From positions 1,579 to 65,578 of the forward strand of contig CAJWMT010000002.1 in assembly GCA_913044275.1 (NCBI GenBank): a DNA stretch of 64,000 nt, in the 5' to 3' direction. The stretch comes from an uncultured Cellvibrionales bacterium (GTDB taxonomy: Bacteria > Pseudomonadota > Gammaproteobacteria > Pseudomonadales > Porticoccaceae). A model generated the notes under the pieces. That model saw only the letters and a program-made list of their open reading frames with translations, made no database searches and was not told where the DNA came from. Positions 20,096 through 31,418 of this stretch are shown piece by piece. Position 1 is the first letter of the stretch. Every line of letters begins with the position of its first letter. The translations under genes and the position numbers were made by a program.

Positions 20096-20902
20096 TTACT
20101 GAGAATATGCAACGAAAAACAGCGCTGAGCCCAGCAATATACGATAAATGACGAAGGGTAGCATCCCAATTTTGGTCACAATGAGCATAAAACTTCGAAT
20201 GCAAAAGTATGCTGTCACGGCGGAAACAATTATCCCGATGCCTAGTGGTATGAGGTCTATTGAATCTTTCGCTCCCAATTGTGAGCCTTTATACAGGACA
20301 CTCATTGTGATGATTGGAATAGACAATAGGAATGAAAAACGAGCCGCGTCTTCCCTTGAGTACCCTAGAGCCAAAGCGGATGAAATCGTTATTCCCGATC
20401 TCGATGTTCCAGGAATCAGCGCTAATGCCTGTGACAATCCGATCAGAGCGGTATGATACCAAGTCATCTCTTTAAGAACCTTATTCTTCGTACCCTTAGC
20501 ATCTGCCAAGCCGAGAATCAAACCGAAAAATATGGTTGTTGAGGCCAAGACTAAAATACCTCGGAGATTTTGTTCAATGACTGAAGCAAAAGCCCAGCCG
20601 CAGATGGCCGCAGGGAAAGATGCCAATATTAGTTGCCATGCCAGCGTGGTGTCTTCGGAAGTGCTGCCAGTTGATATGGTTTTTAAACATGCTGCAATCA
20701 GTTTTTTGAGTTCTTTCCGCAGGAAAAAAATGACTGCAATCAAAGAGCCACCGTGAACAGCTACATCGAATGCTAAAGTTTGATCGTCCCAACCAAGTAT
20801 TTGAGTCGGCAACAGCAGGTGTCCAGAACTAGATACTGGCAAGAACTCCGTGACTCCTTGAATGATGGCCAGCAGAGCGGCTTGATAGTTATCCACTTGC
20901 AA
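20096..20902 (-). CDS. uppP: Undecaprenyl-diphosphate phosphatase
   Basis: QGVTEFLPVSSSGHL, ALIPGTSRSG, ARFSFLLSIP. Confidence 0.97.
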   Translation of the reverse strand: MQVDNYQAALLAIIQGVTEFLPVSSSGHLLLPTQILGWDDQTLAFDVAVHGGSLIAVIFFLRKELKKLIAACLKTISTGSTSEDTTLAWQLILASFPAAICGWAFASVIEQNLRGILVLASTTIFFGLILGLADAKGTKNKVLKEMTWYHTALIGLSQALALIPGTSRSGITISSALALGYSREDAARFSFLLSIPIITMSVLYKGSQLGAKDSIDLIPLGIGIIVSAVTAYFCIRSFMLIVTKIGMLPFVIYRILLGSALFFVAYSQ

Positions 20903-20907
20903 TTAAC

Positions 20908-21591
20908 CTATTTTTTTTTCCATGCTTCCGGTCCGCGCAAATAGACTAGGTCTAAGTCATTTATGGCTGAAAGGAGGTTTCTTTTTTCATATTCATTTGC
21001 TAATTCGCAAATATCGATGGCGCTTGGATATAGATCTATGACACTCCAGTGTTTTAACTTTCTTTCAGGAAAGAGTTTTGTTCCTTCCCCGACCACTGCA
21101 ATTGGCTTTTGAGTTTTCGCTAGGTCTCTCGCATCTTCTTGGCTCATCAGGCAATCGTTGATTTCCCTGACGAATCGGCTTCCGCTCCAACGGTATCCTC
21201 CAATTGCAAATTGTCCCATTCGGGCATCAATTACTGTGATCAGTAATTGATCTTCCCGGAGATCATTTGTACGTTTATAAGTCGCTGCCAACACCTCAAG
21301 GGTTGACAATCCACAAACCGGGAGATCTAGTGCGAAAGCTAAACCTTGGATTATAGAAAACCCGATCCTCAGTCCAGTAAAGGAACCCGGGCCTAACGTT
21401 ACTCCAAGACTTTTAACGTCGCCAATGCTGGCACATGCCTCCCGCAAAACATCGTCAATCATCTGGAGGGCTTTTTGACTGCTCGATTTTTCATTTTCGG
21501 AGCACAAGGTGTAGATTTTTTCGTTAGCACGAAATGCGACGGAACATGGCTTTGTTGCCGTTTCAATCGCAAGCATAAATGACAATTTCAT
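20908..21591 (-). CDS. tsaB: tRNA t6A biosynthesis protein TsaB
   Basis: LAIETAT, GPGSFTGLRIG, IDARMG, VYLR. Confidence 0.95.
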   Translation of the reverse strand: MKLSFMLAIETATKPCSVAFRANEKIYTLCSENEKSSSQKALQMIDDVLREACASIGDVKSLGVTLGPGSFTGLRIGFSIIQGLAFALDLPVCGLSTLEVLAATYKRTNDLREDQLLITVIDARMGQFAIGGYRWSGSRFVREINDCLMSQEDARDLAKTQKPIAVVGEGTKLFPERKLKHWSVIDLYPSAIDICELANEYEKRNLLSAINDLDLVYLRGPEAWKKK

Positions 21592-21703
21592 CTCCTTTAA
21601 AATTCGAACAGGAACTGTTTTAAGATAGAGTTACTACGATCTTGTGACCGCATAATCACTTTCGGTAGGTGGCATTTTCACGATCGCACATTTATTGAGA
21701 GAA

Positions 21704-22363
21704 TCAATCGGATGACTCTAACGCATCCAAGATTCTCTCTTGCACCTCGGAAAGATGCCCGAGCCCATCTACTCGATAAAGTTTTGGAAGACCGCTCCTT
21801 TCGTTTAGTTGCTGGTAAAATTTTATTAATGGTTTTGTTTGTTGATGGTAAATATCTAATCGATTTCGCACGGTCTCTTCTTGATCATCGTCACGTTGGA
21901 TAAGTTCCTCTCCTGTCTCGTTGTCCAAACCGGCGTTTTGTGGAGGATTATGCAGAACATGATAGGTGCGGCCGGAGCTTTTATGTACCCTTCGACCGCT
22001 AAGCCTCGAGACAATCTCTCCATCACTTACGGCGATTTCAATAACGAGATCAAGACAGATCCCTGCGTCATCAATCGCTTGAGCTTGAGGAATAGTTCGA
22101 GGAAAACCATCAAATAAGAAACCATTTTCACAGTCGTCTTGCGAGATACGTTCCTTGACTAAAGCAATAATTATTTCATCCGGAACTAAGGCACCAGATG
22201 ACACAATTTTATTAACTTTCACACCCAGCGCTGTCCTTTCTTTGATGGCCTTTCTGAGCATATCCCCAGTAGAAATTTGAGGGATTCTAAAGTGGCCGGT
22301 CACGAATTGTGCCTGTGTGCCTTTGCCTGCGCCTGGAGGGCCTAATAAGATCATCTTCATCAT
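21704..22363 (-). CDS. adk: Adenylate kinase
   Basis: [32 protein letters not shown]. Confidence 0.99.
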   Translation of the reverse strand: MMKMILLGPPGAGKGTQAQFVTGHFRIPQISTGDMLRKAIKERTALGVKVNKIVSSGALVPDEIIIALVKERISQDDCENGFLFDGFPRTIPQAQAIDDAGICLDLVIEIAVSDGEIVSRLSGRRVHKSSGRTYHVLHNPPQNAGLDNETGEELIQRDDDQEETVRNRLDIYHQQTKPLIKFYQQLNERSGLPKLYRVDGLGHLSEVQERILDALESSD

Positions 22364-22559
22364 CTACTCCATCCTAACTAACTTCTTAGTTTCAAAAATT
22401 ATTGATTTTGGCGTGTGACTAAACGAGTATGAAATTTACCTATCGTTTCTTGGAGAGATATAAAACCATTAACATTTAATCGCGACACCTTTACATTGAA
22501 CAAAAATAGCACAAAACTGGCTCCATTCTGAACAAATTCGATAATTAAAAAATCTTTAG

Positions 22560-23366
22560 TCACTCTTGGGATTTAATCGTCTGCCACATTTTATCCATCT
22601 CATTTTGGGACAGTTTTGTAATGTCATTTTGGGGAGCCAATTTTTCTATAGAATTAAGTCGGACTGTGAATTTCTGATTAGCTTTTCTCAAAGCACTCTC
22701 CGGATCTATTTGCAGATGTCGAGAAAGGTTTATAATGGTAAAAATTAAATCTCCCAATTCATCCTCTAGATTACAGCTATTTTCCAATTCCATTTCTTGC
22801 TCGAGTTCGCTCAATTCCTCATAAACTTTGTTTAGCACATCACCGCTAGATTCCCAGTCGAAACCAATATTCGATGCTCTCTTTTGTAGTTTCATAGCCC
22901 GTTTGTTTGCGGGTAACGCATTAGGTATATCATCCAGAAAACCAGTCTTACCTTTTAGTTTGCGTTCATTCTTTTTTATTTCTTCCCAACTATCGGCAAT
23001 GTCACTCGAACTGACAGTAATCTTGTCTTTACCTTTAGATACTAATGATCCATCCGGAAAGACATGTGGATGTCTTCTCAACAGTTTGCCAGTTAATGAA
23101 TTGATTACATCATCTAGATTAAAATATTGATCCTCCTCAGCTAGACGACACAAAAATATGATCTGAAAAAGCAGGTCGCCCAATTCATTCTGAAGATTAA
23201 TAAAATTCAAATTTTCAACGGCATCGATGACTTCGTATACTTCCTCAAGGGTGTGAGAAATGATGCTATGGTATGTCTGTTTTTGATCCCAGGGGCACCC
23301 AAAATCGTGATCTCTCAGTCTAGTCATTAAGTAACGCAGGTCTTCAAGAGAATATTTTTCTTTCAT
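22560..23366 (-). CDS. mazG: Nucleoside triphosphate pyrophosphohydrolase MazG
   Basis: GCPWDQKQT, EEVYEV, ELGDLLFQ, RRHPHVF, second ELGDL. Confidence 0.96.
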   Translation of the reverse strand: MKEKYSLEDLRYLMTRLRDHDFGCPWDQKQTYHSIISHTLEEVYEVIDAVENLNFINLQNELGDLLFQIIFLCRLAEEDQYFNLDDVINSLTGKLLRRHPHVFPDGSLVSKGKDKITVSSSDIADSWEEIKKNERKLKGKTGFLDDIPNALPANKRAMKLQKRASNIGFDWESSGDVLNKVYEELSELEQEMELENSCNLEDELGDLIFTIINLSRHLQIDPESALRKANQKFTVRLNSIEKLAPQNDITKLSQNEMDKMWQTIKSQE

Positions 23367-23395
23367 AATTCAGAGGCCTCTAGTTGGAGACGACT

Positions 23396-24376
23396 TTAGC
23401 GCTGGGCCTTTATGTCTTGGAGGCTACCCATGATCTTATGGTAGCTTTCCAAACGTTTACCAATAATTAAATCTTCCCTAACGGCCCTATGCAGCGCGCA
23501 ACTTGCTTCATCTCTATGTGTGCAATCTCGAAATTTGCAGTGGCCCAAGAATGGCTGAAAGTCGATAAAATTCTCAATGATATCCTGTTTATCTAAATGA
23601 TTTAGTGAAAAATCTCGGATTCCGGGAGAATCAATCAATTTTCCTCCGGACTTCAATCGATAGAGTCTTGAAGCAGCGGTCGTATGCGCTCCTTGGTCGG
23701 TTTTAGAAGTAAGTGCGCTAACAGGACTATTTGCAGATGGCATTAGATAATTGAGTAATGATGTCTTGCCCACTCCAGATTGACCGGAGAATATAACCAT
23801 GCGGTTGGACAAATACTCCTCGAGCATGGGCATTCCTTCTCCTGTTTTCGCGGATACTTTGATGATCCGATAGCCGATACTCTGGTAATCTTTCGCGAGC
23901 ACTTGAATCTCTGAAGCGTGCTGATTCTTCAGAAGATCTATTTTATTAAGTATCAGAACAGGACGAACGTGTTGAGCCTCAGCTGCCACCAAGTAGCGAT
24001 CAATCAGATTGTATTGAGGTTTTGGTACACAAGCAAAGACGATTGCAATGCAATCGATATTCGCGGCCATAGAGCGAATCCTCCCCCTGCTGTCTGGCCT
24101 CAATATTTCAGAAGATCTGGGTTGGCGGGCTATAACTATCCCATAGGGCTCCGAATGCTGCCACAGAACCTGATCTCCAGCCACTAATGACCCTATATTC
24201 GCTCTTTTATGACAGCGATATACTTTGTCTTTGAACGCGTCTTCACACCCTTCAACCTCAAGTTGAGAGCCAAAGTTACAAATTACTTCTCCGGACATCG
24301 CCTTGCTTAACAGCCCACTTTTTTCAATTGTCTCAGATTGTATTGTCTGAACAGCTTTCTTTTGACTAATTTTCAT
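23396..24376 (-). CDS. rsgA: Small ribosomal subunit biogenesis GTPase RsgA
   Basis: NKIDL, GQSGVGKTSL, DSPGIR, Zn site CKFRDCTHRDEASC; divergent from orn. Confidence 0.96.
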   Translation of the reverse strand: MKISQKKAVQTIQSETIEKSGLLSKAMSGEVICNFGSQLEVEGCEDAFKDKVYRCHKRANIGSLVAGDQVLWQHSEPYGIVIARQPRSSEILRPDSRGRIRSMAANIDCIAIVFACVPKPQYNLIDRYLVAAEAQHVRPVLILNKIDLLKNQHASEIQVLAKDYQSIGYRIIKVSAKTGEGMPMLEEYLSNRMVIFSGQSGVGKTSLLNYLMPSANSPVSALTSKTDQGAHTTAASRLYRLKSGGKLIDSPGIRDFSLNHLDKQDIIENFIDFQPFLGHCKFRDCTHRDEASCALHRAVREDLIIGKRLESYHKIMGSLQDIKAQR

Positions 24377-24558
24377 TCGTGACCATCGGTGCCGTGATAT
24401 TTTGGTTTGATCTATCTACTCTTTCATGGACTAAAATTACTAACCCTCTTTTCATGACACCCAAGCATATAGCATAATCACTCTAAGAAGAATTGTCCGC
24501 TGTTATTAAATGTTATTGGGCATATTAAGCGCGCTGAGCGAATGACATTGGTTGCTAT

Positions 24559-25107
24559 ATGGTATTTAGAAGTCCGCTGAATTTAATCTGGTTAGATCTG
24601 GAGATGACGGGGCTGTCGCCCGAGACTGATCGGATAATTGAAATCGCAACTCTAGTAACCGATAGTGAACTTAACGTTTTGGCAGAAGGGCCAGCGGTAG
24701 CGATTAAACAAGTTGATGCAATCTTGGACTCAATGGATGAGTGGAATACTCGGCAGCATGGGCAGTCAGGGCTGACGGAGAGGGTTCGGATGAGCGAAAT
24801 CACTGAGCAGGAAGCAATGTTCACGACCATTAATTTTCTCAACAAATGGGTCGGACCTGGTGAGTCCCCAATGTGTGGCAATTCTATTTGCCAAGATAGA
24901 CGATTTCTGGCGAAGCATATGCCGGAGCTAGAAAAATTTTTTCATTATCGTAATTTAGATGTTTCTACGATCAAAGAATTGGTAAAGCGATGGAAGCCGA
25001 CGCTTCAGAATGGTTTTAAAAAACAAAGTACCCATCGGGCAATGGATGATATTCAGGACTCTATTGAAGAGTTACGTTATTACAGACGGAGTTTTTTTAG
25101 CATTTAA
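24559..25107 (+). CDS. orn: Oligoribonuclease
   Basis: [41 protein letters not shown]. Confidence 0.98.
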   Translation: MVFRSPLNLIWLDLEMTGLSPETDRIIEIATLVTDSELNVLAEGPAVAIKQVDAILDSMDEWNTRQHGQSGLTERVRMSEITEQEAMFTTINFLNKWVGPGESPMCGNSICQDRRFLAKHMPELEKFFHYRNLDVSTIKELVKRWKPTLQNGFKKQSTHRAMDDIQDSIEELRYYRRSFFSI

Positions 25108-26181
25108 TTTCTCCTTTTGCATATCTATCGCCCAAGCAACATGTTCCTTCACTAATGGTGATAATTCATTCATGCTTTGCTCAAGAATACCCAATATTTT
25201 GTGACATCCATCTGCGTTACCGAGACCGATTGCAAGATTTCTTCGCCACATTTCATAACTTATTCTTCTGATCGCCATGCCTTCGGTTTTTTCCATGAAC
25301 TCGGTTTTGTCCCAATTGAAAAGTGTGACCAAATCGGAAGAATCTAAGTTATGACGTGGGGAGAAATCTGCTTCGCTACTTTTGGTAGCATCCCGGTTCC
25401 AAGGGCAAATAATTTGGCAATCATCGCAACCGAAAACGCGATTACCCATAAGATGCCTTAGTTCTAAGGGTATTTTGCCTTTGTGTTCTATCGTAAGATA
25501 TGAAATACACTTTCTTGCATCGAGCACATAAGGTTTGGGGAAAGCATTCGTTGGGCAAGCAGTGATGCATGCTCGGCACTTCCCGCATCGGTTAGGCTCA
25601 CTGATATTGTCTGCAGGGAGGGACAGAGAAGTGTAAATTTCTCCAAGGAAGAACCAAGATCCTGCAGTTTTGTTAAGGATTAGCGTGTTTTTGCCCATCC
25701 AACCAAGACCAGCCTGCTCAGCTAGAGGTTTCTCCATCACCGGTGCGCTATCGACAAAAGCTCGCTGACTTAATTGCATATCCGGAAGAGAACATCTTAT
25801 TTTCGAGACCAATTTGGCAAGTCGTCGGCGCAAGACTTTGTGGTAGTCCCTTCCAATCGCATAGCGTGAGATATAGGCCTTGTCGTTGGATTTGAGTACA
25901 GCTATCATTTTATCGTCAGTCAAGTAATCCAATCTCACACAGATTACACGCACAGCATCCTGGACTAAATCAGCAATGACATAACGCTTCTCGCCATGAT
26001 TAGCCATCCATTTCATCGACCCGTTAAATCCGTCGGATAGCCATGAATGAAGATTTTCAGATGCCTGACTTAAGTCGGGTTTGACTATAGCTACTTGCTG
26101 AAAACCTAAATCCGTTCCCCAATCCTTAATTTTTTTTGCGAGTAGCTCAAGATTTTTTGTATTACTGTTAATTTTTTGCAC
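25072..26181 (-). CDS. queG: Epoxyqueuosine reductase
   Basis: [43 protein letters not shown]. Confidence 0.97.
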   Translation of the reverse strand: MQKINSNTKNLELLAKKIKDWGTDLGFQQVAIVKPDLSQASENLHSWLSDGFNGSMKWMANHGEKRYVIADLVQDAVRVICVRLDYLTDDKMIAVLKSNDKAYISRYAIGRDYHKVLRRRLAKLVSKIRCSLPDMQLSQRAFVDSAPVMEKPLAEQAGLGWMGKNTLILNKTAGSWFFLGEIYTSLSLPADNISEPNRCGKCRACITACPTNAFPKPYVLDARKCISYLTIEHKGKIPLELRHLMGNRVFGCDDCQIICPWNRDATKSSEADFSPRHNLDSSDLVTLFNWDKTEFMEKTEGMAIRRISYEMWRRNLAIGLGNADGCHKILGILEQSMNELSPLVKEHVAWAIDMQKEKLNAKKTPSVIT

Positions 26182-26239
26182 GGCTTAATTGTTCATCTGC
26201 ATTATAATTCGAATGATTGATCTCGGAGTGTTGTTAGTC

Positions 26240-27793
26240 ATGTCATTAAATTCAATAAGCGACTGGTCATTTACGGTTAAAAAAATTAAGAACATTGAGG
26301 AGCGTGCAGTCAGTGCGCATGCACTCAGTATAACGAAACTAATGGAACGTGCCAGTGCGGCTGTCATGACAGGGATCGAGAAAAAGTTTGGAATGCCTTC
26401 TGAGTTAACGATCTTCTGTGGCATTGGCAACAATGCGGGTGATGGTTATTTGGTAGCGGCGCTAGCAGCTGAGAAATCGGTTCGGGCGAGGGTTATAGAG
26501 GTCGGTGATTTGCGAAGGCAGAATTCTGAGGTTTCTGATGCTAGATCTATTGCTGTCAAAGCGGGAGTGGAATTTTTGTCTCCAAAAACTGACCGCGAGA
26601 TAACAGATGGCATAATTATCGATGCCCTTATCGGTACAGGGTTACGCAGTCAGATGGGTTCGAATTACGTTGAGGCTATAAAATTAATTAACGCTTCAAA
26701 AGTGCCTGTGGTGTCTATCGATGTGCCTTCCGGACTGAATGCTGACACTGGCGGCGTTTCTGATCATGCGGTGGAAGCAGATCTTACCGTCACTTTTGTT
26801 GGTTTAAAGCGAGGCATGATGACTGGCCAAGCATCTTCCTTTTGTGGAGAATTAGTCCTAGATTCGCTTGAGATTCCTATCGCGGCATACAACATTGAAA
26901 GTTCGGACTCTGAAATTTTGCGGCTGGGCTCGCTGTTGGGTCACTTGCCAACGAGAGCCGGGTTTGCACATAAATACCATTTCGGTCATGCCATGGTTGT
27001 CGGAGGTGAGTTGGGTTTTGGTGGGGCTGCTATTTTGGCTGCCCAATCATGCATTCAAACAGGCGCAGGATTAGTATCTTTGTGCACTCGCTTAGAGCAT
27101 ATCGGTTCGATGTTGGCGCGACAACCCGAGGTGATGACTCGTGCAATCGATTCGGGCCAAGAATTGGAACCTTGGTTGGATGCAGCCACTGTATTAATAA
27201 TCGGGCCGGGACTCGGCAAGTCTGCATGGTCGGAGCAGCTTTTGCAAAAGACGGTTAAGGCTGGTCACCCCATGGTTGTTGATGCAGATGCTCTTAATTT
27301 GATCGCGGAGGATCGGTTGCAAATAAATTTTTCTGAGTTGTCGTGGGTTATCACTCCTCACTCTGGGGAGGCGGCCAGATTGCTTGGTACGTCGGTTCGG
27401 GTAGTTGAGGAGGATCGTTTTTCCGCGGTACGTGCGCTGCAAAATAAATACGCTGCCACTGTCATTCTAAAAGGTCCAGGCACATTAGTCGTTGGCGATG
27501 CGGTCACTGGTCCGAGAATCTGTCCTTATGGCAGCCCTGCTATGGCTACGGCGGGCATGGGAGACATACTCACTGGAATTGTTGGATCACTTATAGCACA
27601 GGGACTGCCCTTGCAAGTGGCAGCAGAGTTGGGATGCTGTATTCACTCTAAAGCAGCGGACTTAGCGGTTCATCGATATGGAAAATTTGGCTTGACGGCC
27701 ACGAGTATTTTATCTTTTATAAAATCGATTCTTAATTCCGATCCTACTGCAGTCGATGAAAGTATTGGAATCGCACGGGGTATAAGAAGTTGA
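26240..27793 (+). CDS. nnr: Bifunctional NAD(P)HX epimerase/dehydratase (start at ATG 26240; ORF track starts at 26189)
   Basis: CGIGNNAGDG, DALIGTG, SIDVPSG, GPGLG, VDADAL, ITPHSGEA, GMGDILTG. Confidence 0.95.
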   Translation: MSLNSISDWSFTVKKIKNIEERAVSAHALSITKLMERASAAVMTGIEKKFGMPSELTIFCGIGNNAGDGYLVAALAAEKSVRARVIEVGDLRRQNSEVSDARSIAVKAGVEFLSPKTDREITDGIIIDALIGTGLRSQMGSNYVEAIKLINASKVPVVSIDVPSGLNADTGGVSDHAVEADLTVTFVGLKRGMMTGQASSFCGELVLDSLEIPIAAYNIESSDSEILRLGSLLGHLPTRAGFAHKYHFGHAMVVGGELGFGGAAILAAQSCIQTGAGLVSLCTRLEHIGSMLARQPEVMTRAIDSGQELEPWLDAATVLIIGPGLGKSAWSEQLLQKTVKAGHPMVVDADALNLIAEDRLQINFSELSWVITPHSGEAARLLGTSVRVVEEDRFSAVRALQNKYAATVILKGPGTLVVGDAVTGPRICPYGSPAMATAGMGDILTGIVGSLIAQGLPLQVAAELGCCIHSKAADLAVHRYGKFGLTATSILSFIKSILNSDPTAVDESIGIARGIRS

Positions 27794-28281
27794 GTGACTA
27801 CTCTGAGGCTATGTATGAGTTTAGCGATGAAGCGGCCATGCGGCGCTTTGGACAGTTTCTTGCAAGCTTTGCCACCAATGGCCTTTTAATAACCCTACAG
27901 GGAGATCTCGGAGCGGGTAAAACTACCTTAGCTCGAGGGATACTTGAAGGATTAGGATATAGTGGCATAGTGAAGAGCCCTACCTATACTGTAGTAGAGC
28001 CCTATGAGTTGTCGGTCGGAATGATATATCACTTTGATTTATACAGAATATTTGATCCTGAAGAGCTCGAATTTCTTGGCTTCCGAGATTATTTGAACGA
28101 GGGATATCTCTGTATAATTGAGTGGCCTGAGAGGGGCGATTGGTTTGTTTATTCCGCCGACTTATGTATAGCCATTGAACCAATAGAATTTGGAAGGAAG
28201 ATTTACCTGCGATCAAATTCTCGAGAAGGTGAGTGGGTTTTTCAGAATATCCAGGAATTTTCGGAATTGGCTCAGAATTGA
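27790..28281 (+). CDS. tsaE: tRNA t6A biosynthesis ATPase TsaE
   Basis: GDLGAGKTT, VKSPTY, HFDLYR, IEWPE. Confidence 0.97.
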   Translation: MSDYSEAMYEFSDEAAMRRFGQFLASFATNGLLITLQGDLGAGKTTLARGILEGLGYSGIVKSPTYTVVEPYELSVGMIYHFDLYRIFDPEELEFLGFRDYLNEGYLCIIEWPERGDWFVYSADLCIAIEPIEFGRKIYLRSNSREGEWVFQNIQEFSELAQN

Positions 28282-28300
28282 CACTTAAATTTTTTTTTGC

Positions 28301-29614
28301 ATGCGAATAATAAAAACCTTTTTCACTCTTCTGATTTTAGTGATTGACAGCAGTCTTACATACGCATCTGATATAGAAGGCGTTCGGTTGTACAGGTCGC
28401 CCGACAGAACTCGGATTGTTCTTGATTTAAACGATTCGATCGACCACAAAATGTTTGTCCTTGAAAGTCCAGCTAGAGTGGTTATTGATCTGGCTGATGC
28501 AGACCTCAAGACCAATTTCGATTCTCTTAGACTCGATGTTACGCCAATTGATAGGATTCGCACAGGTAAACGAAAAAAAAACCATTTGAGATTGGTCTTT
28601 GACCTCAAAGAAGAGGTTAATCCCAAAAGCTTTACGCTTTCTGCAAATGAGCGATATGGGAATCGGTTGGTTATTGATTTATACGATTTTCGGAATTCCG
28701 TCAGTAAATCACTCTCAGACATCATTAAGACAGTTAATCGATCAATAGTTATTGCGATAGATGCGGGTCATGGTGGCGAAGATCCCGGGGCTTTGGGCCC
28801 AGGAAAAATTCTCGAAAAGAATATCGTTCTAAAGATTGCACAGTATCTAAAAAAACTTTTTGATGAGGATCCTGATTTTTCAGGGCTGCTTGTTCGAGAA
28901 GGAGACTATTATTTGGCGCTTCGCAAGCGAACCGCCATAGCGCAGAGATATCGGGCTGATTTTTTCTTATCTATTCATGCGGATGCATGGACGAGCCCAT
29001 CGGCTCGTGGGGCTTCCGTCTACGCTTTGTCTACGAAAGGTGCAACCAGTGAAACCGCCAAATTTCTTGCTAACCGAGAAAATAGGGCAGATTTAATTGG
29101 CGGGGCGGGCTCCATTAACATTAAGGATAAATCTGCTGATGTGGCGGCAGTTCTGCTAGATTTGTCTATGACCGCTACTTTGGGTAGCAGTCTCACGGCG
29201 GGTGAATATATTCTAAAGAATATTGGAAGCCTAACGCGCCTTCATAAAAAAAGAGTTGAGCAAGCCGGGTTTTTGGTGCTGAAATCCACCGATATCCCGT
29301 CCTTGCTGATTGAGGCTGGCTATATATCTAATCCGGACGAGGCGAGGAAGCTGTCCACCTCAGCATTTCAGAAGAAAATGGCTTTGGCGATTTACAGTGG
29401 AGTAGTGCAATATTACCTTGACCATCCTCCTCCTGGCACCGCGTTATCAAAAAATCTCTCAAAACGGCAGCTCATATATATCGTTGAGAGAGGAGACACA
29501 TTGTCAGAAATAGCTGCCAGCTACAAGGTTTCAGTTAGCCGATTAACGTCTCACAACAAACTGACCTCTCAAAAGATTCGTGTTGGCCAAAAACTGATGA
29601 TTCCACCGAAATGA
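28301..29614 (+). CDS. amiB: N-acetylmuramoyl-L-alanine amidase (AMIN + Amidase_3 + LysM)
   Basis: AIDAGHGGEDPGA, SIHAD, LIEAGYISN, C-terminal LysM (YIVERGDTLSEIA); tsaE-amiB-mutL synteny. Confidence 0.95.
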   Translation: MRIIKTFFTLLILVIDSSLTYASDIEGVRLYRSPDRTRIVLDLNDSIDHKMFVLESPARVVIDLADADLKTNFDSLRLDVTPIDRIRTGKRKKNHLRLVFDLKEEVNPKSFTLSANERYGNRLVIDLYDFRNSVSKSLSDIIKTVNRSIVIAIDAGHGGEDPGALGPGKILEKNIVLKIAQYLKKLFDEDPDFSGLLVREGDYYLALRKRTAIAQRYRADFFLSIHADAWTSPSARGASVYALSTKGATSETAKFLANRENRADLIGGAGSINIKDKSADVAAVLLDLSMTATLGSSLTAGEYILKNIGSLTRLHKKRVEQAGFLVLKSTDIPSLLIEAGYISNPDEARKLSTSAFQKKMALAIYSGVVQYYLDHPPPGTALSKNLSKRQLIYIVERGDTLSEIAASYKVSVSRLTSHNKLTSQKIRVGQKLMIPPK

Positions 29615-29639
29615 TTGACCGAGATATGGAGAAATTTCA

Positions 29640-31418
29640 ATGGCCACTATTCGAGTTCTGACGCGTCAGTTGGCTGATCAGATTGCTGCTGGAGAAGTTG
29701 TTGAGCGCCCTGCCTCTGTGCTCAAGGAGTTGGTTGAAAATAGTTTAGATTCGCACGCTTCGACGATAGAGGTGGAGACTGAGAACGGTGGTGTCAAATT
29801 AATCAAAGTGAGGGATGACGGTGGAGGTATAGAAAAAAAAGATTTATTGCTCGCCCTCAGCCGACATGCCACTAGTAAAATTAGAGGTCTTTCTGATTTG
29901 GACAATATAAAGACCCTAGGCTTTCGCGGTGAGGCGCTAGCAAGTATAGCATCTGTATCTCAACTAACGCTCACTTCCAACATCGGTAGCGGCAGCGGTT
30001 GGCAAATAATTGGAGGGCATCGAGATGCTGATAATGCGATGGTTCCCGTGGCGCATCCCGCTGGGACGACAGTCGAAGTTAGAGAATTGTTCTACAATAC
30101 GCCTGCTCGGAGGAAATTTCTAAAGACGGAGGCCACAGAATGCAATCATATTGATACCAATATTAAAAAGTTAGCCCTAAGCCGTTTTGATGTCAGTTTT
30201 GTCCTTTCACACAACAAGCGGATGCGATTTAGATTGCGTTCGGCATCAAGCCAAGAGCAAAAAGAAAGAAGAATTGCTGATCTTTGCGGAGTGCCGTTTA
30301 TCCAGAAGTCTTTGTATATTGAGAACAACCGAGGTGGGATGCGTCTATGGGGTTGGATAGGTCTACCGACCTCGTCGAGAAGCCAACCTGATCTGCAATA
30401 TTTTTTTGTTAACGGACGAAGTATTCGTGACAAGGTGGTTTCGCACGCAGTGCGCCAAGCTTACAAAGATGTAATTTATGCTGGGAGAAACGCAGCCTTT
30501 GTATTGTATTTGGAAATTTCCCCTACCGATGTAGACGTCAATGTTCATCCCACCAAAAACGAGATAAGATTCCGGGAAAGCGGCGCCATTCACGGGTTTA
30601 TCTTTCAAACCCTCAAACAAGCACTAGCTGATATTCGTCCCAGAGACAGGACAGAGTATTCTGATGATGGCCATATTGAATCTCTTTCAACAATTGGGCA
30701 TACCCAATCTCTTTCTTTGATTACTTCATCAGTTCCCATTTCAAAAAACTCCAATTCGAGTGCCTCGGTGTTGTCGGATCTTTATTCTTCCCGCGCCCTT
30801 ACTTCTTCGCAAGCGATTGATGACAATCTTGACATCCCTCCTCTTGGTTTCGCGCTGGCCCAACTCAAAGGAGTCTATATTTTGGCTGAGAGCTCAAGTG
30901 GACTAATACTCGTCGATATGCATGCTGCGCATGAGAGAATCCTATACGAAAAGATGAAGTATTCTTTTGAGAACAAAAAGTTGACTTCACAGCCACTATT
31001 GGTTCCGGAAATTCTAATGCTTAGTGAAACTGAGGCGAATGTCTGTGAGCAGTTCTCCGAGATCTTTAAAAAACTTGGAATAATAATCGATAGGAGTTCT
31101 GTCGATGGTGTCATCGTAAGGGAAATTCCATCTGTTCTGAAGGATTCAAACGTGTCTGGTTTGATCAGAGATGTTTTGTCAGATCTGATCGAGTTTGGCA
31201 CGTCAGATAGAATTCGTGAGCATATCTATGAAATTTTTTCCACTATGGCATGTCATGGTTCAATCCGAGCTAACCGCAAGTTGATGATCTCGGAGATGAA
31301 TGCAATATTGCGTGATCTTGAAACGACAGAGAGGAGTGGTCAATGCAACCATGGAAGACCTACATGGCGTGAGTTTGATTTGGAGGCTTTGGACAAACTT
31401 TTTTTAAGAGGTCAGTAG
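29640..31418 (+). CDS. mutL: DNA mismatch repair endonuclease MutL
   Basis: QIAAGEVVERP, GFRGEALAS, endonuclease motif DMHAAHERILYE, ACHGS, CNHGRP. Confidence 0.99.
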   Translation: MATIRVLTRQLADQIAAGEVVERPASVLKELVENSLDSHASTIEVETENGGVKLIKVRDDGGGIEKKDLLLALSRHATSKIRGLSDLDNIKTLGFRGEALASIASVSQLTLTSNIGSGSGWQIIGGHRDADNAMVPVAHPAGTTVEVRELFYNTPARRKFLKTEATECNHIDTNIKKLALSRFDVSFVLSHNKRMRFRLRSASSQEQKERRIADLCGVPFIQKSLYIENNRGGMRLWGWIGLPTSSRSQPDLQYFFVNGRSIRDKVVSHAVRQAYKDVIYAGRNAAFVLYLEISPTDVDVNVHPTKNEIRFRESGAIHGFIFQTLKQALADIRPRDRTEYSDDGHIESLSTIGHTQSLSLITSSVPISKNSNSSASVLSDLYSSRALTSSQAIDDNLDIPPLGFALAQLKGVYILAESSSGLILVDMHAAHERILYEKMKYSFENKKLTSQPLLVPEILMLSETEANVCEQFSEIFKKLGIIIDRSSVDGVIVREIPSVLKDSNVSGLIRDVLSDLIEFGTSDRIREHIYEIFSTMACHGSIRANRKLMISEMNAILRDLETTERSGQCNHGRPTWREFDLEALDKLFLRGQ

